The notes beneath the pieces are model-generated. The model made no database searches. It worked only from the letters and a program-made list of their open reading frames with translations, and had not been told where the DNA came from. DNA of 64,000 nucleotides, taken from contig CAWJDT010000001.1 of assembly GCA_963841735.1 (NCBI GenBank), positions 1,664,001 through 1,728,000 on the forward strand, in the 5' to 3' direction. The stretch is from an uncultured Actinomycetes bacterium. GTDB lineage: Bacteria; Actinomycetota; Thermoleophilia; RBG-16-64-13. Of the stretch, positions 53,942 through 62,691 are shown one piece after another. The translations under genes and the position numbers were made by a program. Every line of letters begins with the position of its first letter. The stretch's first letter is position 1.

Positions 53942-56097
53942 TGCGCTCCAAGTGGTCCGAGGACGAAGCCGCCGCGTTTGTCGCTCGCTACGGCATCGAG
54001 TGGGGGGAACCGCTGTCCCTCCGCACCTACTCTACCCGGCTGCTGGGCGGGGAACCTGCTCTGGTCTTGCACGGCGGCGGCAACTCTTCGGTCAAGGCGC
54101 GCTGGGTAAACATCCTGGGCGAGGACCTGGCGGCCGTGTTCGTCAAGGCGTCAGGCACCGACATGGCTACCGTTGAGCCGGCCGGGCATCCCGGGCTGGA
54201 TTTGGAGTACCTGCGCCGGCTGCGTACACTCACCGATCTGGACGACCAGGCCATGGTGGCCGAGCTACGCGCTCACCTCTTGCGGGCCGACGCCCCTACT
54301 CCGTCCGTTGAGGCTCTGGTGCACGCCTTTCTTCCAGGTGTCTACATCGATCACACCCACGCCGATGCCATCCTGGCTTTGACCAATCAGGATGACGGCA
54401 CAGCCGTGGTGCGGCGGGCGCTGGGCGAAGATGTCATCGTGCTGCCCTATACCACACCCGGTTTCAAGCTGGCGCTGGCCGCGGAGGCAGCCTTGAGGGC
54501 CCGGCCCGACGCTTGGGGCATGGTGTGGGCGCATCACGGCATCGTCACCTGGGGCAACACCGCTCGGGACTCGTACGATGTGATGATCAACCTGGTCTCC
54601 CGGGCCGAGCACTTTCTGGAGCACAACCGGGGGCCGCACGGAGCGAAGATCCCGGTGCCGGGGGAGAATGCAGCCGGCGGGGCCGGGACTACCTCAGGCT
54701 CCCTGGCGCGGACTAGGCTCGACTCTCAACTGGTGACCGTGGCCACGATGCTGCGCGGGCTCCTGGCCACGGAGAGCGGCGACAGCGACAGGCCCCACCG
54801 GCGGGTGATCGTGCAGACCCTGGCCGACTCGGAGGTGCTCGCGGTGCTGGGCGCTCCTTGGGCCTATGAAGCCCTGGTGACCGCGCCCCTGACCACCGAC
54901 CATCTCATCCGCACCAAAGCGCTGCCGTTGTGGATAGACTCTCTACCCTACGGCGACGAGGCCGCCTTGCGCGAGCTGCTAGGGGCCGCGGTGGAGCGGT
55001 ATTCCGAGGAGTACCGGGCCTACTTGGACCGGCATGCCGACGCCCTTCCGGCTGGAGTCGAGACCTTTGACCCCCGGCCGAGAGTGGTTATGATCCCCGG
55101 ACTGGGCACGTTCTGCGCGGGGCCCGACCTGCGCGAGTCGCTGATCACCCGGGATATAACTGTGCACACCATCGCGGTGAAGGCCGCCATCGCCGCCTCG
55201 GATTCCCTGTACCGGGGACTGCCTGAGGATGAGTTGTTCGCCATGGAATACCGCACTCTCCAGCACGCCAAGCTGGAGCGCGGGCAGGCCCAGCCCATGC
55301 GAGGCCAGGTGGCCCTGGTGACGGGTGCGGCCGGCGCCATCGGCACCGGTATCTGTCGGGGCCTGCTGGAGGCCGGCTGCCTGGTGGCCGCTACCGACCT
55401 GCCCGGGGAGCCCCTGACCGCGCTGGTCGCCACTCTGGGTGTCGAGTTCGGAGACATGATCATGGGGCTGCCGCTTGACGTCACCGATCCGGAGTCGGTC
55501 GCCGAGGCTTTTGCCGGAGTCGTGCGGGCCTGGGGAGGCATCGACCTGGTGATCCCCAATGCGGGTGTGGCTCATGTGGCCCAGTTGATCGACCTGAGTC
55601 TGGAGAAGTATCGCAAGCTCGAGCAGGTGAACGTGGAGGGGACGCTGCTGTTGCTCGCCGAAGCGGCGCGGCACTTCAAGCGCCAGGCCACCGGCGGCGA
55701 CGTGGTGCTTATCTCGACCAAGAACGTCTTTGCTCCCGGGGCGGGATTCGGCGGCTACAGCTCCACCAAAGCCGCGGCTCATCAACTGGCCCGCATCGCG
55801 AGCCTGGAGCTTGCCGCCGACGATGTGCGGGTGAATATGGTGGCGCCCGACGCGGTTTTCTCGTGCGGCGCTCGCCGCTCGGGTCTGTGGGCGGAGGTGG
55901 GCCCCGACCGGATGAAGGCCAGGGGCCTGGATGAAGCGGGCCTTGAGGCCTACTACCAGGGCCGCAACCTGCTCAAAGCTCAGGTGACGGCGGAGCACGT
56001 GGCCAATGCGGTGTTGTTCTTCGCGACCCGGCAGACTCCCACCACCGGGGCCACCATCCCCGTCGACGGTGGTCTGCCGGATTCCACTCCGCGGTAA
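53941..56097 (+). CDS. Bifunctional class II aldolase / short-chain dehydrogenase
   Basis: LHGGGNSSVK, PSVE..H, DHTH, HHG; SDR motifs TGAAGAIG, NAG, YSSTK, PVDGG. Confidence 0.9.
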   Translation: MRSKWSEDEAAAFVARYGIEWGEPLSLRTYSTRLLGGEPALVLHGGGNSSVKARWVNILGEDLAAVFVKASGTDMATVEPAGHPGLDLEYLRRLRTLTDLDDQAMVAELRAHLLRADAPTPSVEALVHAFLPGVYIDHTHADAILALTNQDDGTAVVRRALGEDVIVLPYTTPGFKLALAAEAALRARPDAWGMVWAHHGIVTWGNTARDSYDVMINLVSRAEHFLEHNRGPHGAKIPVPGENAAGGAGTTSGSLARTRLDSQLVTVATMLRGLLATESGDSDRPHRRVIVQTLADSEVLAVLGAPWAYEALVTAPLTTDHLIRTKALPLWIDSLPYGDEAALRELLGAAVERYSEEYRAYLDRHADALPAGVETFDPRPRVVMIPGLGTFCAGPDLRESLITRDITVHTIAVKAAIAASDSLYRGLPEDELFAMEYRTLQHAKLERGQAQPMRGQVALVTGAAGAIGTGICRGLLEAGCLVAATDLPGEPLTALVATLGVEFGDMIMGLPLDVTDPESVAEAFAGVVRAWGGIDLVIPNAGVAHVAQLIDLSLEKYRKLEQVNVEGTLLLLAEAARHFKRQATGGDVVLISTKNVFAPGAGFGGYSSTKAAAHQLARIASLELAADDVRVNMVAPDAVFSCGARRSGLWAEVGPDRMKARGLDEAGLEAYYQGRNLLKAQVTAEHVANAVLFFATRQTPTTGATIPVDGGLPDSTPR

Positions 56098-56124
56098 GAA
56101 GGTAAGCAATGCAGGAGGTAGCTG

Positions 56125-56358
56125 ATGAACTCGGTCACTGAGGGCGGATCTCCCGTTCTGCTGGTCTCTGTCTGCTCGCCGCTGGAGGCAGATATCATCG
56201 TCAGTCGGCTGCGCAGCGCCGGCATCGAGACCTACGTGCGGCACGAGGCCTTGTCGGTTGTCTACGGCTTGACGGTGGACGGAGCCGGCCAGCAAGACAT
56301 CATGGTTCGGCCGGAAGATCTAGGCGAAGCCCAGTTCGCGCTGGAGCAGACGCCTTGA
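56125..56358 (+). CDS. DUF2007-like small protein
   Basis: EADIIVSRLRSAGI...IMVRPED...A. Confidence 0.7.
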   Translation: MNSVTEGGSPVLLVSVCSPLEADIIVSRLRSAGIETYVRHEALSVVYGLTVDGAGQQDIMVRPEDLGEAQFALEQTP

Positions 56359-57347
56359 TCTCTGTGCTTGGCGTCGACATCGGGGGCACCAAGGTAGCCG
56401 TGGGGCCGGTGGATCAGGCCGGAGTGCTCCTCGCTCCTCCGTTGGTGGAGCCTAGTTGTACGGAGAGTGGCGGTGTCTTCGTATCGGGCCTGGAAGCCAC
56501 CCTCCGTCGGGCGCTCAGTGAGTTTGGGGACTTCAGCCCGGGAGTGATCGGCCTGGCCTGCGCGGGTACGGTGGACTTCGCGCGAGGGGTCATGGTCACC
56601 TCCCCCAATCTCCCCTTGGTCGAGGTTCCGCTGGCCGGACTCATACGGGATGCGCTGGGGCTGCCGGTGGTGCTGGACAACGACGCGCAGGCGGCAGTCC
56701 TGGCTGAGGCCGTCTGCGGCGCGGGGGCCGGTCTGCAGCACGTGGTGATGCTGACGCTGGGCACGGGGGTCGGTGGTGGTCTGTTCTTGGACGGGCATGT
56801 ATACCGGGGTGCCGGGGGAGGGGCCGGGGAGTTAGGTCACATGGTGGTGCTGAAAGACGGTCTGCTCTGCGGCTGCGGCGGCCACGGCTGCCTGGAGATG
56901 TACGCGTCGGGAAGGGCGTTGAAACGCTACGCGGCCGCCCGGGCGGGTGACCGAGAGGCTGATCCCGAAGGGACCCTGCTCTCGCTACGCGAGCGGGGGG
57001 AGTTGGGCGGAGGAGCGGTCACGCGGTTGGCCCGGCAAGGGTATCCCGGCGCTCTGGCAGCAGTGCTGGAGTTTGCGGACTGGTTGGGGGTGGGGCTGGT
57101 GAGTGTCTGCAACGTCTTCTCCCCGGAAATGATAGTAGTAGGCGGCGGGATAAGTGAGTTGGGAGGGCTGCTCCTTGAGCCCGCCACTGAGTACATGCGC
57201 CGGAATGCCATGGCCCCCGGATGCGAAACGGTTAGAGTCGCTCCCGCGGAACTCGGCAATCTGGCGGGGCTGGTGGGGGCGGGGCTGAGCGCATGGCGGG
57301 CTGTGAGCAGCGAAGCCGCCCAGGCGCCGTCTCCGGCCTGCGGCTGA
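56355..57347 (+). CDS. ROK-family sugar kinase
   Basis: DIGGTK, NDA, TLGTGVGGG, GELGH, CGCG..GCLE. Confidence 0.92.
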   Translation: MISVLGVDIGGTKVAVGPVDQAGVLLAPPLVEPSCTESGGVFVSGLEATLRRALSEFGDFSPGVIGLACAGTVDFARGVMVTSPNLPLVEVPLAGLIRDALGLPVVLDNDAQAAVLAEAVCGAGAGLQHVVMLTLGTGVGGGLFLDGHVYRGAGGGAGELGHMVVLKDGLLCGCGGHGCLEMYASGRALKRYAAARAGDREADPEGTLLSLRERGELGGGAVTRLARQGYPGALAAVLEFADWLGVGLVSVCNVFSPEMIVVGGGISELGGLLLEPATEYMRRNAMAPGCETVRVAPAELGNLAGLVGAGLSAWRAVSSEAAQAPSPACG

Positions 57348-57363
57348 TCCGCGGGTCATAGCC

Positions 57364-58248
57364 GTGCTCTATATCTGCCCCACACCAATAGGCAACCTGG
57401 GCGACGTTACTCTGCGGGTGCTGGAGATGTTGCGGACCGCCGACCTGGTGGCCTGCGAGGACACCCGGCACACCCGTGTCCTTCTGGATCGCCACGGCAT
57501 CGCCGCCCGGCTGGTCAGCTTCCATGAGCATAATGAGGAGGCCCGCTTGGCCGGTCTTCTGCCACTCCTTCGGGAGGGCAAGTCGGTGGCGGTGGTTAGT
57601 GATGCGGGCATGCCCGGGCTGTCCGATCCCGGTTTCACATTGGTGCGGGCCTGCGCGGCCGAAGGACTCCCGGTGACGGTGTTGCCCGGCCCCTCGGCTG
57701 TGTCGACGGCCCTCGTGTTGTCGGGTCTGCCTACCGACCGCTTTGCCTTTGTCGGTTTCCTGGCGCGTGGCAAGGCCAAGTTGATAGAGCAGCTGGCCGG
57801 GTTCGACGGCTCTGGGGCTACGATGGTGGCCTTCGAATCTCCTCGCCGCATCCGCGCGTCCCTGGCAGCCATTGCTGTGCGTTGGCCCGAACGGCGCCTG
57901 GCGGTGTGCCGGGAGCTCACCAAGATCCACGAGGAGGCCGTGCGCGGTACTGCCGCCGAGATACTCGGGCAACTCATGGACCCTGTACGGGGAGAGGTGG
58001 TGCTGGTGCTGGAACCGGGCGGCGGGCTTCAGACCGGAGTGGCTACCGGGGGCGGGGGCGGCGCGGGCCAGGTTTTCGGCGACGGGGAGGCTGTTCGGCG
58101 CGCTCTGACGGAACTCCTGGACGCCGGCTTAGGAACCAAGAAGGCCGCCGGCATCGTGGCCGGTCTCACCGGGATGCCCAGAAAAGTTGCCTACGAGCTG
58201 GCCCTCGGCCTGGCGGACGCGGAGCCGGAGGCGCGACGGGTCGTATGA
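57364..58248 (+). CDS. rsmI: 16S rRNA C1402 2'-O-methyltransferase
   Basis: TPIGNL.D, EDTRHT, SDAGMPG.SDPG, FESPRR, RELTK.HEE. Confidence 0.95.
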   Translation: MLYICPTPIGNLGDVTLRVLEMLRTADLVACEDTRHTRVLLDRHGIAARLVSFHEHNEEARLAGLLPLLREGKSVAVVSDAGMPGLSDPGFTLVRACAAEGLPVTVLPGPSAVSTALVLSGLPTDRFAFVGFLARGKAKLIEQLAGFDGSGATMVAFESPRRIRASLAAIAVRWPERRLAVCRELTKIHEEAVRGTAAEILGQLMDPVRGEVVLVLEPGGGLQTGVATGGGGGAGQVFGDGEAVRRALTELLDAGLGTKKAAGIVAGLTGMPRKVAYELALGLADAEPEARRVV

Positions 58249-58337
58249 CGCGGCGCCTGGCGCCCCGAGCGGTTGTCACCAGCCGCCGCAAGCGGCTGCC
58301 AATGGGGTTTGCCAGCGCTCCGATTGGGGCAAATGCC

Positions 58338-58367
58338 TTGACAGTGCGGCCATCCCAAGCCTATGGT
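58338..58367 (+). promoter_or_regulatory. Sigma70-type promoter
   Basis: TTGACA-N18-TATGGT. Confidence 0.55.
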
Positions 58368-58422
58368 GGCAGCAGCAGACAGTACATTCCAGAGTGGGAA
58401 CAGCGAACAACGGGAGGTGGGA

Positions 58423-59124
58423 ATGGGCTTCGATATGAAGCGCTTCAAGAAGTGGGACTTTGGGGTGTTCGGCGCGTTCTTGTTGACCATCGTCGGAGTG
58501 AGCATACCTTGGTGGCATCTCAAGGTGGGCGATTTGTTCGGCGGCCTCGGTAATCTGGGAGATTTGGCAGGGGTCGATGTGCCCGGCATCCCGGGATTCT
58601 CGGCCAACCTCAGTGGCTGGAGCGCTGGAGTCGTCGGCACGGGCAAGGCGGCCTTCTCCCTCATTCTGATCGCCTGCGTCTGGATCTTGGTCAAAGCTCT
58701 CTTCAAGAAAGGGGCCCCCGCTCCGTCCTGGTACAAGGAGAGCTGGGTCATCATGGGCTTTGGCGGCCTTCTGACCATCCTGGGCATCGTGGGCTGCGCG
58801 AAGGCCCCCTTCGGTGGGTTCGAAGCCTGGTCCTGGCGGCCTGGGTCGATCATCACCCTGATTGCCGCTGTTGCCATGCTAGCGTTCGGCTACTTCATGT
58901 TCACGGACAAGTCCGGGGACTATGACGGGTCCGGCAAGTTCGCCCTGCCGGCGATGGGTGGCCAGCCTCAGTCTCCCGGCGGCTATCAGCCTCCGGTCGG
59001 CTATCAGCCTCCGGCTGGCTACCAGCCGCCGGCACCGCCCGCGGGTGGCAAGTTCTGTTCCGGCTGCGGGGGCGCACTTGCTCCTGAAGACGTGGCCTGC
59101 AAGAGCTGCGGCAAGCCCGCCTAG
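58423..59124 (+). CDS. Four-TM membrane protein with Pro-rich linker and C-terminal zinc ribbon
   Basis: RBS GGAGG; four hydrophobic segments; (GYQPPx)3; FCSGCG...CKSCG. Confidence 0.75.
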   Translation: MGFDMKRFKKWDFGVFGAFLLTIVGVSIPWWHLKVGDLFGGLGNLGDLAGVDVPGIPGFSANLSGWSAGVVGTGKAAFSLILIACVWILVKALFKKGAPAPSWYKESWVIMGFGGLLTILGIVGCAKAPFGGFEAWSWRPGSIITLIAAVAMLAFGYFMFTDKSGDYDGSGKFALPAMGGQPQSPGGYQPPVGYQPPAGYQPPAPPAGGKFCSGCGGALAPEDVACKSCGKPA

Positions 59125-59185
59125 CAAGCGACCGACGTAGGGAGCGACCGAGCAACCAGCTCGTCGCCCGAGAGTGAGAGAAGAA

Positions 59186-59220
59186 GGGGAGCCGGCCGAA
59201 AGGCCGGCTCCCCTTTCTTT
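59186..59220 (+). terminator. Intrinsic terminator
   Basis: GGGGAGCCGGCC-GAAA-GGCCGGCTCCCC-TTTCTTT. Confidence 0.88.
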
Positions 59221-59349
59221 GCGATGGGAGCCGACGCGTCCGCGACGTGGCGGCGAACGACAGGCTTCTGCAGGTGGAGTCCGGTGTGCTAGGTTGTAGC
59301 CTATTAAGAATCTGGGCGACGAAGCGTACAGAGGGAGCGAGGAGGGGAT

Positions 59350-59721
59350 ATGTTCTGTCCGGGCTGCGGCAAGGAGAACAGTGACGAGGCCGGCTTCTGC
59401 GAAGCGTGCGGCCGGCCACTTGATCTAGAAGGGTCTCGCGTGCCGCCGTATCGCCCGCCGATGCAGGAACGGCTGCCGGTACCGAACATACCTAGCTACC
59501 TCGGCTGGGCCGTCGCGGTGCTCATCCTATTCTTCTGGCCCACCGGCATCGCCGCGGTAGTGTATGCGGCCAGGGTGAACAGCAGGCTCGCCCTGGGCGA
59601 CGTCGCCGGCGCCCAGGAGGCATCGCGCAAGGCGAAGATGTGGTGCTGGGTCTCCTTCATCGTCGCCATCGTTGTTGTTGTCCTAGGCATCGTGGTCACC
59701 GTCGCGGGCAGGGGCTTCTAA
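59350..59721 (+). CDS. Zinc-ribbon + CD225/dispanin protein 1
   Basis: MFCPGCG...FCEACG; YLGWAV..L.FFWPTGIAAVVYA.RV...GD..GA.EASRKAK.W. Confidence 0.85.
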   Translation: MFCPGCGKENSDEAGFCEACGRPLDLEGSRVPPYRPPMQERLPVPNIPSYLGWAVAVLILFFWPTGIAAVVYAARVNSRLALGDVAGAQEASRKAKMWCWVSFIVAIVVVVLGIVVTVAGRGF

Positions 59722-59769
59722 TCGCGGAAGGCTGCGGGCGCAAAGAGTCAAAGTGGATTTGGAGGGGCT

Positions 59770-60144
59770 ATGTTTTGCCCGGGCTGCGGCAAGGAGATAA
59801 GTGACTCGGCCAGGTTCTGCGAAAGCTGTGGCCGGCAACTGGTCGAACTGGGGGTGCCGGAGGGCGCGCAGTACCGGCCGCCGATGCGGGAGCGGATACC
59901 GGAGATTCCTGACCACATCGGCTGGGCCATCGCCGGGCTCATCCTGTTCTGGCCGACTGGGATCGCGGCGATCGTGAACTCCACTCGGGTGGACAACAAG
60001 GTCTTGCGAGGCGACATCGACGGAGCGCGGGAGGCCTCGCGCAAAGCCAAGAAGTTCGGCAAGATCTCGATGTGGGTGTGTATTGCGACCTTTGTCATCT
60101 ACATGGGAGCTGTCATCCCGTTGATCGCCACGGGAAACTACTAG
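59770..60144 (+). CDS. Zinc-ribbon + CD225/dispanin protein 2
   Basis: Same architecture; HIGWAI..LILFWPTGIAAIV.S.RV...GD.DGA.EASRKAK. Confidence 0.85.
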   Translation: MFCPGCGKEISDSARFCESCGRQLVELGVPEGAQYRPPMRERIPEIPDHIGWAIAGLILFWPTGIAAIVNSTRVDNKVLRGDIDGAREASRKAKKFGKISMWVCIATFVIYMGAVIPLIATGNY

Positions 60145-60193
60145 TCACCTATCCCGTGCGCGGACGCGTCGGCAAAGAGAGCCAGGAGGGCCC

Positions 60194-60616
60194 ATGTACT
60201 GTCCAAGCTGCGGCAAGGCGGTAGGTGACTCGGCGAGCTTCTGCGACTCATGCGGTCGAGAGCTCAGCGGGCTTGGCTCGCCGGGCGTGATGCGGCCACA
60301 GCCCTATCAGCCCACCTACGAGGCTCCGCGGTACCGGCAGCCACTGCCGGGCCCGGGCTCGAGCACCCCCACCCACCTGGGCTGGGCCATCGTCTCGCTT
60401 ATCCTGTTTTTCTGGCCCACGGCCATCCCGGCGATAGTTTATGCGGCCCGGGTGGACAATAGGCTTGCGATGGGCGACATCGCCGGTGCCCAGGAAGCAT
60501 CGCGCAAGGCCAAGACTTGGTGCTGGGTGTCTACCGGCATCGCCATCGCGGGCGTGGTGATCGCCTTCGTCGTCTTGTTCATCCTTGCGCTTGTGACGAC
60601 GACGATCATCTTCTGA
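60194..60616 (+). CDS. Zinc-ribbon + CD225/dispanin protein 3
   Basis: Same architecture with a longer Pro/Tyr/Gln linker. Confidence 0.85.
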   Translation: MYCPSCGKAVGDSASFCDSCGRELSGLGSPGVMRPQPYQPTYEAPRYRQPLPGPGSSTPTHLGWAIVSLILFFWPTAIPAIVYAARVDNRLAMGDIAGAQEASRKAKTWCWVSTGIAIAGVVIAFVVLFILALVTTTIIF

Positions 60617-60699
60617 ACGGGTGAGTCGCGTTGGCGCCGGCACGGTCGTGGACCCCGGCTGTACGCCCCCCGCCGGCCGCCCCAAGGCCCGATGCGAGG

Positions 60700-60859
60700 A
60701 GGCGGCTGAAGACCGAAGTCCCGGCCGCCAGGACACACTGGGCGGCGCAATATTTCGTTCTCAGTCGCGTCAATAGCGCTGCTATTCACGCTCCCTGCGT
60801 CCTCGTCTTGCGCTTGCCCACCCGAGTTCTGGCGGCGAAACGTCGGTCTTCAGCAGCCT
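60700..60859. mobile_element. Palindromic MITE, 160 bp
   Basis: 17-bp TIRs AGGCGGCTGAAGACCGA / TCGGTCTTCAGCAGCCT (1 mismatch); nested internal palindromes; homologous to the insert inside metG. Confidence 0.8.
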
Positions 60860-60876
60860 GCTAGAATAGTCGGGCT

Positions 60877-62631
60877 ATGGCGCGCTTCTACATCACCACA
60901 CCCATCTACTACGTCAACGACGTGCCCCACATCGGGCACGCTTACACCACCGCGGCCGCCGACGTGGCGGCGCGGTTCCATCGGCAACTGGGCGACGAGG
61001 TCTTCTTTCTCACCGGCACCGACGAGCACGGCACCAAGGTCGAGCAGGCCGCCTGCGCCCGGGGCCTCACGCCCAAAGAGCACGTGGACGAAGTGGTGGC
61101 CAAGTTCAAGGAAGTCGCGGCCAAAGTCGGCGCCAGCAACGACTTCTTCATCCGGACCACGGACCCGGAGCACGAGAGATACGTGCAAGAATTTGTGAAG
61201 AAATGCTACGACGCGGGCGACATCTACAAAGGTTCGTACTCCGGCCTCTACTGCCCGGCCTGCGAGGCCTACTATATCGAGGAGAACCTGGTCGAAGGTC
61301 TGTGCCCCGACCACGGCACCAAGCCCGTCCGCATGGACGAGGACAACTACTTCTTCCGGCTGTCGGCTTTCCAGGACCGGTTGCGGGATCACTACCGGGC
61401 GCATCCCGACTTCGTACAGCCTCGCCACCGCTATAACGAAGCCCTCTCGTTCATCGAGCAGGGCCTGGACGACATCTCCATCTCCCGCGCCACCCTCAAG
61501 TGGGGCATCTCAGTGCCCTGGGACGAGAGTCAGGTCATCTACGTGTGGGTGGACGCGCTGATCAACTACCTCAGCGCGCTCTCGTACGCTCCTGGGCAAG
61601 ATCTTGTCTCCCGCTTCTGGCCGGCGAGCTACCACCTCATGGCCCAAGACATCCTCAAGTTTCACGGGATCATATGGCCGGCGCTCCTGATGTCGGCCGG
61701 ATATGAGCTGCCGGAACACCTGTTCATCCACGGGTACCTGAAGCTTGGTGGGGAAAAAATGTCCAAGACCCGCGGCAACGTGATGGACCCCTTCCCGCTG
61801 ATCGAAGAGTACGGGGCCGATCCGTTCAGGTTCTACTGCCTGCGCGAAGTGAGCTTCGGCCAGGACGGCATGGTGAGCGAGGAGGGCTTCAAAGCCCGCT
61901 ACAACAGCGAGTTGGCCAACGAACTGGGCAACCTGCTGTCGCGCAGCACCTCCATGATCGGCAAATACCGAGGCGGCACCGTGCCGATGCCGCCCCCAGG
62001 GCTGCTGGAGAATGCCGTTTCGCAGCCAGAGCACGATGGGCACGCGCGAGACGCGACCGAGGACGTGGTATCGCGCCGCACAGTGCGCTCTGGCGGCCGG
62101 GACTCCGTTCTCCAGCAGCCCCCAGGCTACGCCGATGCCCCGGAATGCGCGGTGGCGCACGGCGGCTCGCCGCTGGCCGTCGAAGCGACCGCCCTCTGCG
62201 CAGCGGTGCGCACGCAGCTCGACCAGATGGACCTGAGCGCCGCGCTGGATACCATCTGGGGCTTTGTGCGCCGGCTGAACAGGTACGTGGAAGAGCAGGC
62301 GCCTTGGAAGCAGGCAAAGGAGGCGGCCGCGGAAAGCGCCGGGGGCGCGGATCTGGGCACGGCAACGGGTTCCGCCGGGGTCGCGCTTGACAGCACCCTG
62401 TGGGACCTGGCCGAGGGCCTGCGCCTGCTGTCGGTGCTGCTGTATCCGTTCATACCCCAGACTGCCATGGCCATCCGGGAACGCTTGGGGCTCGGCGACG
62501 CCGGCGACCTTGCCTTGGGGACCGGCGCCGCTGAGGCGCCGCTGCTCTGGGACGAAGCCCATTGGGGCCTGCTTCCCGCCGGTCTGACCGTCGTGGTCGG
62601 CGCGCCGCTCTTCCCGCGCATCGAGGAGTGA
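60877..62631 (+). CDS. metG: Methionyl-tRNA synthetase (no C-terminal tRNA-binding appendage) with a 42-aa insert
   Basis: TTPIYY.N..PHIGH, GTDEHG, YVWVDAL, KMSK, LANELGNL, LFPRIE. Confidence 0.96.
   Translation: MARFYITTPIYYVNDVPHIGHAYTTAAADVAARFHRQLGDEVFFLTGTDEHGTKVEQAACARGLTPKEHVDEVVAKFKEVAAKVGASNDFFIRTTDPEHERYVQEFVKKCYDAGDIYKGSYSGLYCPACEAYYIEENLVEGLCPDHGTKPVRMDEDNYFFRLSAFQDRLRDHYRAHPDFVQPRHRYNEALSFIEQGLDDISISRATLKWGISVPWDESQVIYVWVDALINYLSALSYAPGQDLVSRFWPASYHLMAQDILKFHGIIWPALLMSAGYELPEHLFIHGYLKLGGEKMSKTRGNVMDPFPLIEEYGADPFRFYCLREVSFGQDGMVSEEGFKARYNSELANELGNLLSRSTSMIGKYRGGTVPMPPPGLLENAVSQPEHDGHARDATEDVVSRRTVRSGGRDSVLQQPPGYADAPECAVAHGGSPLAVEATALCAAVRTQLDQMDLSAALDTIWGFVRRLNRYVEEQAPWKQAKEAAAESAGGADLGTATGSAGVALDSTLWDLAEGLRLLSVLLYPFIPQTAMAIRERLGLGDAGDLALGTGAAEAPLLWDEAHWGLLPAGLTVVVGAPLFPRIEE
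61999..62121. mobile_element. In-frame MITE insertion within metG (123 bp plus CCA duplication)
   Basis: Perfect 14-bp TIRs GGGCTGCTGGAGAA / TTCTCCAGCAGCCC; CCA on both flanks; the reverse complement aligns to 60700-60859. Confidence 0.85.
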
Positions 62632-62691
62632 CGGCGGCCGAGTGAGCCGCCTGCCGGCAGCCCATCGCCGCCCGTCAGCCGTGACCACGTG

